Of a stretch of 64,000 nucleotides of DNA, positions 51,407 to 64,000 are shown piece by piece. Source of the DNA: Amoebidium appalachense (lineage: Eukaryota; Protista; Ichthyosporea); NCBI GenBank assembly GCA_963693365.1, contig CAVNZM010000001.1:12882418-12946417 (forward strand), given 5' to 3'. How positions within the stretch are numbered: the first letter of the stretch is position 1; each line of letters begins with the position of its first letter. The notes under the pieces were generated by a model, which saw nothing but the letters and a program-made list of their open reading frames with translations, was not told where the DNA came from and did not search any database. The position numbers were made by a program, and so were the translations under genes.

Positions 51407-52605
51407 CACGCGTGCGATGGTGCACTAATTATTACGTCAACTAGGCAGGGTATAGCATCAACGTTATTATATGTCCTGCTGAGTTTCTTTGGTTGTACAC
51501 CCGTCACCAGTCAATTTATTGGTGTTGGCGCCCACCTATGACACTACCTCGGAAGACTGGGGTCACAAGTGGTGCACACGGTGGGTAAATATCATCAAAC
51601 TGTAGCTGCAAAAGAATGTGCAATTATGCATCACTGTCTGGTATTTGTCTATCCCCCCCCCCCCCCCCCCCGCCCCCCTCCCCCTGCCCCTCCATCCCCC
51701 CCCCCCCCCCCCTCCCCCCCCCCCCCCCCCTCCCACCCCAGGCCTCTCCACACCACACACACACGCACCACACACACACACTACTGCCGAGCTACATGGA
51801 TGCCATCACCATCACACGTGACGATATTTAATTAGTATTGGTGATATTGTACGAATACGTAACATATATTGGTAAGGTGGTGGTGGGTGGGTTGGGGGGG
51901 GGGGGGGGGGGGGGGGAGCAACACAACCGAAACTGTCGGTGTTACGAGTGGTTCGTCTAGGAAAGAAGTGATTTTTTAATTATTAGCGGGAAACAATATC
52001 ATATCCCCATTGCATGTGGGGGGAACGAGGGAGGGGGGAGGGGGGGGGGGGTGGGGGTTTCACAACGATTCTTTATCGACTGTGCATAATTAATGTATAT
52101 TGCACATGTAGCCTGAAAGATTAAAGTGAATGTGTGTATGTATATGTCAAGACTTAGTATATTTGTGTATGCAATACATGTACAAGTATTAGGGATTGGT
52201 TCTCTGCGAGTTCAAAGAGTATATGAGTGTGTTTTTTTTGTTTTTTTTATTGTTTTTTTTAGTAGTTCCGTGTAACACCATGAAAGTTCCATATTTAGGG
52301 GGGGGGGGGGGGCACGATATTGGGTTCCATTGTTATTTGGATCAGATAGTTTATTGGTTTTTACGATGTCAATGTTGAGACGGGGTCGTAATCACTAAGC
52401 GCATGATGCATACTGATAGTCAACAGGTTGAAATATGTCAATGTATCGTTATTTAACATGCTTAACTTGTGTTTCCCGTACATGCAAGCTGAGCCAAGTG
52501 TATACGTAAACCAAAAATACCCTATCATGATGAGATTTAGATAAAATTGAGAAGAATAAAACCAAGTGGGGCATCACCTATGTTTTCTTTCCACTTGCCA
52601 CTACT

Positions 52606-52698
52606 AGAGAGAGAGAGAAGGAAGAGGGAGAGAGAGAGAGACAGATTAGAGAAAGACGGAAAGAGAAAGAGAGAGAGAGAAAGAGAAAGAGAAGAGAG

Positions 52699-52733
<35 letters not shown>

Positions 52734-53204
52734 TGTGTGTGTGTGTGTGTGTGTGCGTGCGTGTTTGTGAGTGAGTGTGTGTGTATGTGTGCTGTGAGCG
52801 TGCGAGCATTTATGTGTGTGTGCCGTTGTGTGTGTGCGCGACGTCCATGCGTGCACACGTGTGTGGTTTGCAAATGGGTTGTGACTCAACCGCCATATAT
52901 ATGATGTATGCGCACGTGTGCATATGTGTGCGTTCCTGCATGCACAGGGGGGGGGGGGGGGGGGGGGGGGGGCTCATTGTGTGCGGGAGAGGGGAGAGGA
53001 GTAGAGCGCACACGGTCTGGAACACAGATAAACGTTTTCGTCTTTGTAGGTGGGTGGGTGGGGGGGGGGGGGGGTGCGCGGGGGGGGAAGAGGGGAGGGG
53101 GGGAGGGGGCATCATGATCAGGGATAACAGTGTGTGTGCGTGTGTGCGCTTGTGTGTGCATGTGCTGTGTGTGTTGTGTAGGTGTGCGCCTGTGTGTGCG
53201 CGCC

Positions 53205-53236
<32 letters not shown>

Positions 53237-53239
53237 GTG

Positions 53240-53335
<96 letters not shown>
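52606..53335. repeat. (GA)n / (GT)n microsatellite region
   Basis: Direct inspection. Confidence 0.9.
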
Positions 53336-53337
<2 letters not shown>

Positions 53338-53698
53338 TTGAGTGTGAGCATGAGCTGTGGGTGTGAGTGTGAGTATGGGTGTGGGTGTGTGCATTCGTGC
53401 TTGTGTCCACGTACACGTGTGATTTCAAAGAAGTCGAAAGTGCCAGTGACATCCATGTTGAAAAAAAGACAAGCAAGCACGCTAAGAAGGACAGCAAGAA
53501 GTAACAGAAACCCTTTCATGCCGAAAAATGGTCAAGAACAAAGAAGTGGAGGACACGTAACTATAGTCTGATAGTTGTGACTAAGGGCACTAACTTAGGG
53601 CACCGCTAAGGGCACCAAGCTGATGCACGCGCGCGCGCGAGCCGAAATCTATTTTTATCTTTTCCCTAATCAGGCGCGGCGGTTACTAAACCGGTCTA

Positions 53699-55504
53699 TG
53701 GCAAATAGTGATTGGCTAAACCCAATCCGGTTTGCAATTTTTTGTCCGTTTAAGCCTGTACGCACGTTGTTTGCTCCATTTCTCTTCCCCCTTCCCGCAG
53801 GTCCGCAGGTCCTTTCCCGCAGGTCGCCTGGTCGCAGGTCCCTTCCCGCAGGTCGCCTGGTCGCAGTTCCCTTCCCGCAGGTCGCCTAGTCACAGGTCCC
53901 CTCCGCAGGTCGCGCAGCCACCGTGCTGAATGGTTTCGACCATGCTGCATGCTGCAGCTTCTTCGCCTAACGGCTGAAAGGCCGTTTGAAGGTTAGTTTT
54001 GTGTTGCCTGCTTTTGTGCATATGGCGTTTGTCTGTCTGGTCTGTGTCCGTGCCTGTGATTATATCTGTGTCTGTGTCTGTGTCTGTGTGCGTGTGTGTG
54101 TATGTGTGTGTGTGTGCGTGCGTGTGCGTGTGTCTGCTGGCTGCAGATGCACGTTGCCTTTTCACGTTCATGAACCAGCGACTGTGGGCACTACTTTTGC
54201 TGTTAGCACTATAGCTATCATCCCCTCCACCAGTCGTTCAAGCTATTTTCTGCTCCTCTAGACTTCATAAGTTCTGGTCCGGGTTTCCGTCCTTACTATG
54301 TTTGAGTTTGGTTCTGTCGACTCTTTTTTTGCCACTCTCAGTCAGCCCCCTCAGTCCCCCGCCCCCCCCCCCCCCCCCCCCCCACACTTCTCGCAAGTAG
54401 GATGAGCTAATTCTTAGCTCGAGTTCCTTTACAGGTTTTGCCAACGTTGGCCCATGAAGTCATCAGCAGCTCCAAGGCTACGTTATCATCTAGAGGTGGG
54501 TACCGGCTCTTTGTCCTATGGCTGCTGTTGTTTCCGTTTTTCGTTTCTGTGTTGCTCTTATAGCACGATGACTGGTTCTTTGATCTGTGCATGTTTAGCA
54601 TCCATAGGTGGGTACCGGCTCTTTGTCCTATGGCTGCTGTTGTTTCCGTGTTTCGTTTCTGTGTTGCTCTTATAGCACGATGACTGATCATGTTGGCTTT
54701 GTTCAGATTTGCCTGCTTTGATCTGTGCATGTTTAGCACCCATAGGTGGGTACCGGCTCTTTGTCCTATGGCTGCTGTTGTTTCCGTGTTTTGTTTCTGT
54801 GTTGCTCTTATAGCACGATGACTGATCATGTTGACTTTGTTCAGATTTGCCTGCTTTGATCTGTGCATGTTTAGCATCCATAGGTGGGTACCGGCTCTTT
54901 GTCCTATGGCTGCTGTTGTTTCCGTGTTTCGTTTCTGTGTTGCTCACGACCAGACACAATGAAGTGCTTTGTTGGTATCATGGGAGAGGACTCACAGCAT
55001 TTTTTATCACATCTACTTACACATGTTGTAGGAGTTTGGTTGATTGTATAGATTAGATGGTTAGCCCTTTTGGGTGGAGGGGAATACACTTTGCTTTATG
55101 CACAACTAACATGCATTGTTCCCCAGGAGTTGGCGAACCACCAGGAGATTCTCCGCCGTCTCGAGAAGAAGGCCACAGAAGAAAAGAAGAAGAAGAAAGA
55201 CTCCCCCCCCAGGCCTTCCACCCCCCCCCCCCCCCTGCCGACGACGGGGCCCCACCTGCTCAGCAACCTTCGACCCCCACTGCAACCCCCTCCCGGCCAG
55301 CAGATCAGTGAGAAGGAGACGCCGCCTTAAAATGCGGCCCCAGCCCAGCCTGTTGTGCTTGTGTGGTAGTTTTTTTTTCTTTTTTTTTCTTTTTTGTCAT
55401 GATTCTTTTTGGTATTTTTTGTTTGCATAAGAGTAGTGTTGTTACGAGATGCGAGATAAAGTAGATAGTAGAGAATGGATGCCACCTGGGGTGGTATGTT
55501 AGTT
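53699..55504 (+). repeat. Dispersed repeat block Y, copy 2, with one ~430-bp unit and a ~138-bp tandem repeat (54490-54945)
   Basis: ggtgggtaccggctctttgtcc at about 54496, 54607, 54745, 54883. Confidence 0.85.
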
Positions 55505-56478
55505 TGAATGCTTGTTAGAGTAGTGCAGTCTCTTCTCTTGTGGATGGAGACTTAGGGAATTGGTGTGTCTTGTCTCAAGAGGAGCGAGACTTAGAAAATT
55601 TTGATAGTTGTGCCTGTTTGTTACGGCTCCTGCGGAGCCAGACTTAGAAGTTAACTCGGTCTCTGCTCCTGTGGAGCGAGACTTATAGGATAATGGAAGT
55701 CTCTGCTCCTGTGGAGCGAGACTTGTAGTAAAAATACTGTCGTCTGTCGTGGCTATGCATAGCAGTCTTTATGGTATCTCGTGTACAAATTGTGAAATAA
55801 AATAGAAAGGTAAGAAGGAAGGGGGGGGGGGGGGGGGGAGGGGAGGGAGGGGGGGCACAACGGTGGTGGTTACATTTCGTAATATGATATTACGACAGCT
55901 CGTAATCGTATATTGCGATATTCCGTAATATTGTATTTAGTTAGTCATGGTATACTCGTAACATATTATTTGGCTATGCATAGGATATCTTATGGATGGG
56001 CAAAGAGCTGTCGTAATGATGTATACACGACATGCTATGTATATACATACGTGTGGTGTACGGGCTCTTATGGAAATGTCTACGACGGTATTATGGGGGT
56101 CGTAATGTACCCCAAGACCAGCAATGTGTATATCATATGTATATGGTTGGTAAGGTTTTATTTGTGGAATTTATTGACATGAATATTTTTTCTGGGTAAA
56201 CACGTAGGATGGGTGTTCGGTATCAACATAACCATGTAGGCTTCATTTCGTGTTTTAGCAGTTCGCGGTTGGCTGCCCGCACACGGGCACCTATTAGCCA
56301 ATCAAAACATCAGATTCCACATATCACTAGACCGAGTTTTGATTGGCTCGGATCAGATTTCACATATCACTAGATCAATTTTGATTGGCTACAAACACAT
56401 CTTCTGTGTTTAGCACCCACAGCCTTACAGCTATATATTCCTTTTTCATTCTCCCTATCTTTCTCTCCGCCGGTCAGC

Positions 56479-57637
56479 ATGCCGCCGAAAAAGCGCCAGG
56501 CCTCAGCCCACTGCCCCTGCCGCGGCACCTAAGCGCCTGACCCGCAGCGACCTCCGCCACAGGCTGACCAACGCTCCCGCGGGCCCTGACGCGCCTCCGG
56601 AGGCCCATACCACCACGGACCCTCCGGCTACTCTCCCCTCTACTCCTGAAGTCCCTCCTCAGGCCCCGCCGTCCCCGCCGATGACTTCTCAAGACGCCGT
56701 CCTTGCCGCCCTCACCGCCATCAGCACCCAGATGGCTGGCGTCCTGGCCGCTCTCACCAACCGCGACCCTCCCGCGCCCCCTGCCGCACCCCCTGCACCC
56801 GGGGCCGGGACTGCATCTCGGCCCTGACCTGGACCTACCTGCCCTGCCCGCGCCCCCCATTACAGGTGAGAACACTGGCGACATTCAGCAGGGCACACTG
56901 CCGCTTCCCCCCGCGGATGTGCTGGCAGATTTGCGCGCCAATCGTTTCGTCGACCTGTATAAGTTCACCCCCGCAGCCCTCCTGGCCCCATCCAAGAAAG
57001 GTCAGCAGCTGCGCATGGCCGACGACGGCAGCATCGAGGCTTTTCGCAATGACAAACCCGTTCCCCTGCGTTCACTCGTCATTTGGATCCAAGCTTGGAC
57101 CCATTACATGGCCGCCAAGCACCACCTCGACCTCCCCACGGACAAGGACGTACTTTGGACTCAGCACTATCACTCGCCTCAGCACCCGATACCCGTGGGC
57201 CCAGATCCACAACTATGACGTGTACGCGGCGTACCGTTGCCCACCAGCAGGGTCGGGCTCCGATCGAGTGTCCCAACCTGCTCGCCCAACTCCACCAGGA
57301 TCTCCTCCTGCCACCCACTCTGCTCATCCCGGACGCATGTCAGCGCTGTGGCTTCCCCGACCACCCCAGCGCGGCCTGCCCCATGTACCCCAAGCCCGGC
57401 TGTGGTCTTGACGGCTTCAAGCCGCCCCACAAGCCCGGCGGGGGCCAAACACCCAACCGCCCTGGGCCGCAACCCGGCCCGGCAAAACCGGCCCGACCCG
57501 TGGATCTACCCGCGACACACTGCAGGAATTTCCACATCAACGGTCGGTCCTGCGCTAAGCAGCCCTGCCCCTTCTCCCACGTGTGCCCGCTCTGCTCTGG
57601 CACACACCCCCGCAAAGACTGCAAGCACAATGCCTAG
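56479..57637 (+). pseudogene. gag: Frameshifted gag of Ngaro copy 3
   Basis: Homology to copy 2 gag is spread over several frames. Confidence 0.85.
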
Positions 57638-57782
57638 TCTACGCGCACACACACAGATAGAACATAGGGGCTCGGAGCTAGGACACACGGGTACAAGGAA
57701 ACGGAGCTCGGGAAAACGGGCCAATAGGGCTGAGTACAAATTTTAGCAGGCCAACTACGGCGCCCGCGCGCGCCAAGAATAA

Positions 57783-58017
57783 ATGTCGCTACACAAAGAC
57801 GTTATTCTGGCCACTGCACATAATTTTACTCCCCCCCCCCATCCCACGAGCCTCCCCCCCCCCTGGCACTCACCTAGCACTCCCTCCCCCCTTCTTCTAC
57901 CTCTGTGTCCGCCCACACCCGCGCGTGCTCGGGCATCCCCTGCACAGGGCCCCGCTGCCCTCCCTGCAAGCCCTCCCTCGGGCCCAGCTGCCCTACTCTA
58001 ACCCCCCCGGGGCCCTG

Positions 58018-58048
<31 letters not shown>

Positions 58049-59738
58049 GCTGCCGGGACCTCCCCGAGGGTGCCCCACCCTTGCTAACCACACCTTCCCC
58101 CGAGGCTCAGACCCGGAGGCCCGCCCGCTGCCCCAGCACCACATTGACACCTCCCGCCTCCGGGAGCTGCTGGCATCCTACCCAGACCAATCATTCGCCG
58201 CGCAGCTCCTCCACGATGTCGAATTCGGTGTCGACATCGGCTACCGCGGCCCCCTCCACCTCTCGGGTGGGCCCCAACCTACCCACCACCCCGGCTGCTG
58301 CTGCCGCTATCACGGCGGATATTGCCAACGAAGTCGCCCTCGGCTACCTGCGCGGCCCCCTCTCCCCGGACCAATTCTTCGCCGAATTTCCGGTCCACCG
58401 TTCCTCCCCCATCGGCGCCGTTACTAAAAAAGGGAACCCCCCCCAAGTACCGTCGAATTCACCACCTCTCATGGCCCCAGGGCAGCAGCGTCAATGACAG
58501 CGTCACCTACCCCGACGAACTTCAGTACATTCGAGCCCGGGACGTCACCCAGCTCATTCTCGACGCAGGCCCCGGCTGCTACATGGCCGTGGCAGACGTG
58601 CAGGCTGCCTTCCGGCACATGCCCATCCGACCAGAAGACCATCGCTTAATATCATTCAAATAAATGGCAGGGGCATTTTTACGTTGACACCCGACTGCCC
58701 TTCGGCCTGAAATCTAGCCCAGCCATCTGGGAACGGATCGCGGCCACCCTCCAGTGGCTGGCACACCAGCACGGTGTTACCCTCATCCGCCACTACGTAG
58801 ACGACTGGATTATAGTCGCCCCCACCCAAGAGCAGTGCCAACGTCACCTATCCACCTTCCTGCAACTCTGCCGAGAGCTGCACATTGCCATCTCCGAAGA
58901 CAAGATGCAGGGCCCGGCTACCCGTATTGTCTTCATCGGTATCGAATTCGACTCCGTCACCATGGAGGCACGGATCCCTGCTTCCAAACTCTCGGACCTA
59001 CTCGACCTCACTTCCCACCCAACACCCACCATCACCATTCGGGACCTGCAATCCCTCCTCGGAAAACTCACCTGGTGTGCCCAGCTGGTCCCCCCCGGGC
59101 GGGCCTTCTCCCAGCGCCTATGGGCCCTTCTCCGAAAACACCCACACCTTGCCGGGCACCACCACATACGGCTGTCTGCTGCCGCCCGGGCAGACATAAC
59201 CGAATGGCACCAGTTCCTCACATCATGGAATGGGGTGCACCTTATCACCCCCCCCACATACACCACCCTGGCCACCGATGCTGCCGAATCCGTGGGTCTA
59301 GGTGGCCACTGGCTCGACCAATGGTTTTTCATGCCCTGGTCTCCCCCCACCCAAGCCCTCTATACTCATGAGGGTAAACTCGGTTCCTCCGTCATCGAAC
59401 TCTTGGCCATCGCAGCCGCCGTGGCCCTCTGGGCCCCCTCCTGGTCCACCCACCATGTCCATATTTTATGCGACAACACGGGTGCTGTGTCTGACCTGCA
59501 CTCCCGGTCTTCCCCCCACCCCGTGATGGCCAAACTTATTCGGTTCATCACCCGCATGGAAATGCAATACCAATTCACGTTACAGGCCTCCTACCTACCG
59601 GGACCCCTCAACCATCTAGCCGATGCCATTTCTCGTAACCAACTTCTCCGAGCCCGACGACTCCGACCTTCCCTGCAACCGGAGCCCTGCCCCTTCCCCT
59701 CCTGGGTCCACGAGTTCCTATCCTATTTCCTGGGCTAA
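57783..59738 (+). pseudogene. pol: Disrupted RT/RNase H of Ngaro copy 3
   Basis: Fragments 58322-58663 and 58905-59738 match copy 2 pol. Confidence 0.88.
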
Positions 59739-59767
59739 CACCACCCCCCCCCCCCCCCCCCCCCCAG

Positions 59768-60828
59768 ATCTCCCCTTCCGGAGCAACGCCGGCAGATTGG
59801 CCCCCCACTTTGCTCCGGCCGAGCTGCTTCGAGCCACCACTACCCTGCAGGAATGCCAGGCCCTGAGTCTCAACCTCGACTCTCGGGCCTTTTACTCCCG
59901 GGTGCAAAAAGTGTTCATCGATTTTTGTGTGGCATCTCGGCTGCAGTCCTCCTCCGGGTCCTACCTCCCGGCCTCCCCACACACCGTGCAGCTCTTTCTC
60001 GCCTGGTGTGCCCAACGAGGGGTACAGGCCTCTTCCTTGGCCGGCTACAATTCGGCCATCATCAGACTCCACCTCGACATGGGCCTCCCTGGTCCCTACC
60101 CCCACGACAAGTCTCTGGCCTGGTTCCTACGAGGGGTGGGCAGATGGCAGCTTTCTCACAACATCCGGCCCCGATCATCTACCAGGGAGCCCCTCCTGCC
60201 CTCCCACCTCAGCCTACTCCATGGCCAGTGCCCCACCAAGGCCTCCTCGGCCAATCTCCGGCTATGGACGGTCCTCATCGTCGGTTTTTGTGGTCTCCTC
60301 CGTTCGGGGGAATTTACCTCCAAGACCCTGACTTCCTTCGACCCGTCCCGTCACGTTAAAAGGAAGGACGTGACCTTCAGCTACACCCCCTCCGGTACTT
60401 TGTCCCATGCCACCCTCCACCTGCCAACCTCCAAGACGGATGTACAGGCCCAAGGTGTCAACGTCACTCTCGCTGCCCTGCCCCTCACCCACTTCTCCCC
60501 AGCCCATCTCCTCCGGCAGTTCCTGGATACAACGTCCGGTCAACCCGACGACCCCCTGTTCAGTCTCGGTGGCATTCCCTACACCAAGGGTGCTTTCTCT
60601 GCCGACTTCCGTGCTCTCCTCTCCCGGGCAGGCCTTTCACCCTCCCGGTTTGCCGGCCACAGCCTCCGAATCGGGGGGGCCACAGCCCTGGCTGAGGCCG
60701 GGGTCGACAACTCCCGGATCAAACAACTCGGCAGATGGTCCTCCGACTGTTTCCTGATCTATACTCGACTTCGCCCGGCCTCCATTGCTGCCACTACCAC
60801 ACGTGTATTCGCCTCTATTCTTAAGTGA
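59768..60828 (+). CDS. Intact tyrosine recombinase of Ngaro copy 3
   Basis: Uninterrupted frame with R-K-HxxR-W-Y residues (LLRSGE, SKTD, HSLRIGGAT, GRW, IY). Confidence 0.92.
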
Positions 60829-62585
60829 AACCTTTGGAGCAAGCATATTGCTCTCGTGCCGTGGTTTACAACCATTGCAGGTTCACTTTCGTCCAAGGGG
60901 ATGTCCCCCTAGAGGCAACACACGTCCCGGAGTAGTTTTTCATAGAGGTGTTATTTGTGGAATTTATTGACATAAATATTTTTTCTGGGTAAACACGTAG
61001 GATGGGTGTTTGGTATCAACATAACCATGTAGGCTTCATTTCGTGTTTTAGCAGTTCGCGGTTGGCTGCCCGCACACGGGCACCTATTAGCCAATCAAAA
61101 CATCAGATTCCACATATCACTAGACCGAGTTTTGATTGGCTCGGATCAGATTTCACATATCACTAGATCGATTTTGATTGGCTCAGATCGGTAGGCTTAG
61201 GTATATAAGCACGACAGTTTTTAGCAGATCAGCAAGCTACAAACACATCTTCTGTGTTTAGCACCCACAGCCTTACAGCTATATATTCCTTTTTCACCCA
61301 CCCACCTACACCCACACTCAACCCCCATTGATCCACACATACGTGCTGTTTTTTCACGGGGCGAAGACTTCCCCTGTTTTTTGGGCACAAGGACCTCACG
61401 GATCAATAAATTGATGACTGGGGGCTTGCCGTGGTTTACAACCATTGCAGGTTCACTTTCGTCCAAGGGGATGTCCCCCTAGAGGCAACACACGTCCCGG
61501 AGTAGTTTTTCATAGATTCGTAAAATACATCGATCATGTCATGGGTTACGATGGTTTTAAGCCGCTCCTAAACATATACTTACGATATCCAACGGGATGG
61601 GTTTGGATACTCGGATGGTGAAGGTTACGATGGGTTTCCGCTGCGCATAATGGCATACTTAGTATATCCATTGGGTAGGTTTCTGACTTTGAAATGGGGG
61701 GGTTTGTGTCCGTATTATGGCGGTATTAAGACCGCACGTAACGCTCTCGTATGTATGTTCTATGTATATTCGTATGTATATACATAGGTTATACATTGTA
61801 CATCCATATGGATATACATAGGTTATACATTGGATATACATAGAATATCCTATGTATAGTGCAATGTATATACATCGGATATACATATGACATACGCTTT
61901 ACGACAATATCCATAAACCCTATGGATGTCGTAAAGCGTATATCCAATGTATATACATAAGACGCTCTGTTTACCCCATGGAACTCTTTACACTAACGTA
62001 AAGACTTCGTGCAACCACGCCATATGAACTCGCGGTGTGCTTTACGATGGGTGACAGGTTTACGCCATTGGAGATGGCGTTACGAGGGGTATACGATCCC
62101 CGGTGGAGATTGCTGATGTACTGAGAGCATGGTGTAGTGTTCTTTCTGAGCCTCGGGCCCTCTCTCCCTCTTTTTGTTTTCTTTTCTTTTCTCAAGTTTC
62201 TTTCTTTTTTGGGGGGGGGGAGGGAGGGGGGGATGGATTAAGCAGAAGATTCGTGGCTCCGTACCCAAATTTTAGGCATGAATGTATTGTATGGGCTCAG
62301 TGTTACAAGGTATGAATGTGTATAGAATACCCTTCTAATAAGATATGATTGAGTTGACACCTCAATGTACTACTTAGGTGCATTGCTTTAGTGTGATTTA
62401 ATAAAACCTGTTATTATGTCTGATAATCTGCAGTGTTGACCGTTATCCCCCCCCCCTCCCCCACCTCCCCACCAAAAAAGAAGAAGAAGAAGAAAGAAAG
62501 AATGAAAGAAAGAAACTTGAAGAAAGAAAGAAAGAAAGACTGAACGGGTACACGTACAGGCACAAGTTTAAAACTCAGGCAGGAT

Positions 62586-62938
<353 letters not shown>

Positions 62939-63511
62939 ATCGTCACCGTATGGTATCAGGGCACAAAGTTCACAGCCGGATACCACTCCCACAACAGGCT
63001 CAGAAGAAAAAAAAGAGAAGAATAATTCTTTTAAGGGTTTCAAACAACCCCCCTCCCTTTCCTCCTCCCCCCCCGCCCCTTCTTTTGCTCGTAGTCTTCT
63101 TCTCAGTGGCTAGCTCTCCTTCAGCCCCACTTTGCTAAGAGTCCCATGACCCCGGGTTTTTATTTTTATTTTTTTCATTACAAGTTTTTTTTGTTGGTTT
63201 TTTTTTGTTTTTGGGGCGGGGGGGGGGGGGGGGGGGGGGAGGGGGGGGCAGAAAGGCTTCCCCTTCATTGCTGGGGGCCCCGATGATGATTGACGGCGGG
63301 GGGGGAGGGGGGGGGGGACGGGGGAGGGAAAAGGGGGGAGGGGGGGGGGGAGGGGGTGCTGAACAGTGATATCAAACATAATCCGTTTATTGTATTCAAG
63401 TGCAGACAAGTTCATGAGGCCGGAGGCACTTTCTTTTGCCTCCAAAACCAAAAAAAAAAGTACTAGAAGCACATGAGAATACCATAACCATTTAAGTTCA
63501 CCGTGATTACC

Positions 63512-63952
63512 CTAGTTGTTCGTTTTTTGCCGCTTCGCCCATCGTTTCAACAGTTCTGCCCTGTACTCAGGGTATACATGAATCAAAAATTCATCATTCC
63601 AAGTACATAAACGCACATTTCCGGTGGGATCCTTTACGCGTACACATAACTTCAGACGTGCAAGATCAAAATTGTATGTGAGGCCACTGAGTTCATCCCT
63701 GCCAAACCCCACCATTTTTTGTTTTTTCCCATCATCAACATAATGCACCTCTATACTCTTCTCCCCCTGGTCATTCCGTGTTCGTTTTGTTTCAACCACA
63801 TGGAGTGTATTGTGTTCAGTTGCACCAACAGATGTGCAGGTATACGCACTCTGGGTTTGCCTCCCCTTTAGGTACTTTCCATTCACATTTCTTTGATGTA
63901 CACACCCCTCCTTTAAACTCCCATAAGTTCCCTCCAGCAATGTCCACACCAA
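63512..63952 (-). CDS. Hypothetical protein, possibly the terminal exon of a gene extending past the window
   Basis: 146-codon high-complexity open frame in AT-rich DNA; no recognised motif. Confidence 0.4.
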   Translation of the reverse strand: MVWTLLEGTYGSLKEGCVHQRNVNGKYLKGRQTQSAYTCTSVGATEHNTLHVVETKRTRNDQGEKSIEVHYVDDGKKQKMVGFGRDELSGLTYNFDLARLKLCVRVKDPTGNVRLCTWNDEFLIHVYPEYRAELLKRWAKRQKTNN

Positions 63953-64000
63953 GCAGCTACCATGAGAACATGCAGCACTAGGACCAATGGTACATACACA

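Larger units (their letters stand above)
56154..61516 (+). mobile_element. Ngaro-type tyrosine-recombinase retrotransposon, copy 3, full length but with disrupted gag and pol
   Basis: Same A1..B1-A2-B2 layout; gag frameshifts; TAAA duplication near 58661 makes a stop in RT. Confidence 0.93.

Overview
Repeat-rich eukaryotic nuclear DNA. GC-rich genes with short GT-AG introns, CTRAC-like branch points, abundant (CA)n/(CT)n tracts and poly-G/C runs suggest a unicellular opisthokont, but the taxon is not established. Positions 1-2153 are an AT-rich, mitochondrial-type tRNA array on the minus strand, probably a NUMT or a mis-joined organelle chromosome. It has 19 intact tRNAs, 2 disrupted copies and 1 partial, with unusual Leu(AAG) and Ile(AAT) anticodons and tiny 28-37 bp insertion elements. 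Host genes are a probable BEN-domain gene (2.7-4.1 kb), an MFS sugar porter (6240-8685 +), a mitochondria-targeted Tim21/Coa1-like gene (8724-10431 -) and an intronless multi-pass membrane protein (20939-22327 +). The rest is mostly mobile and repetitive DNA: nested LINE relics (one inserted in frame into another with a 6-bp TSD), a non-autonomous hAT element (12-bp TIR, 8-bp TSD), a PIF/Harbinger-ISL2EU transposase relic, duplicated blocks carrying 183-bp and 427-bp tandem arrays, and three copies of an Ngaro-type tyrosine-recombinase retrotransposon. One Ngaro copy has its empty target site in the same window, and all three retain splice signals that could fuse Gag in frame to the recombinase. 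All coordinates were read by eye and may be off by a few bases.
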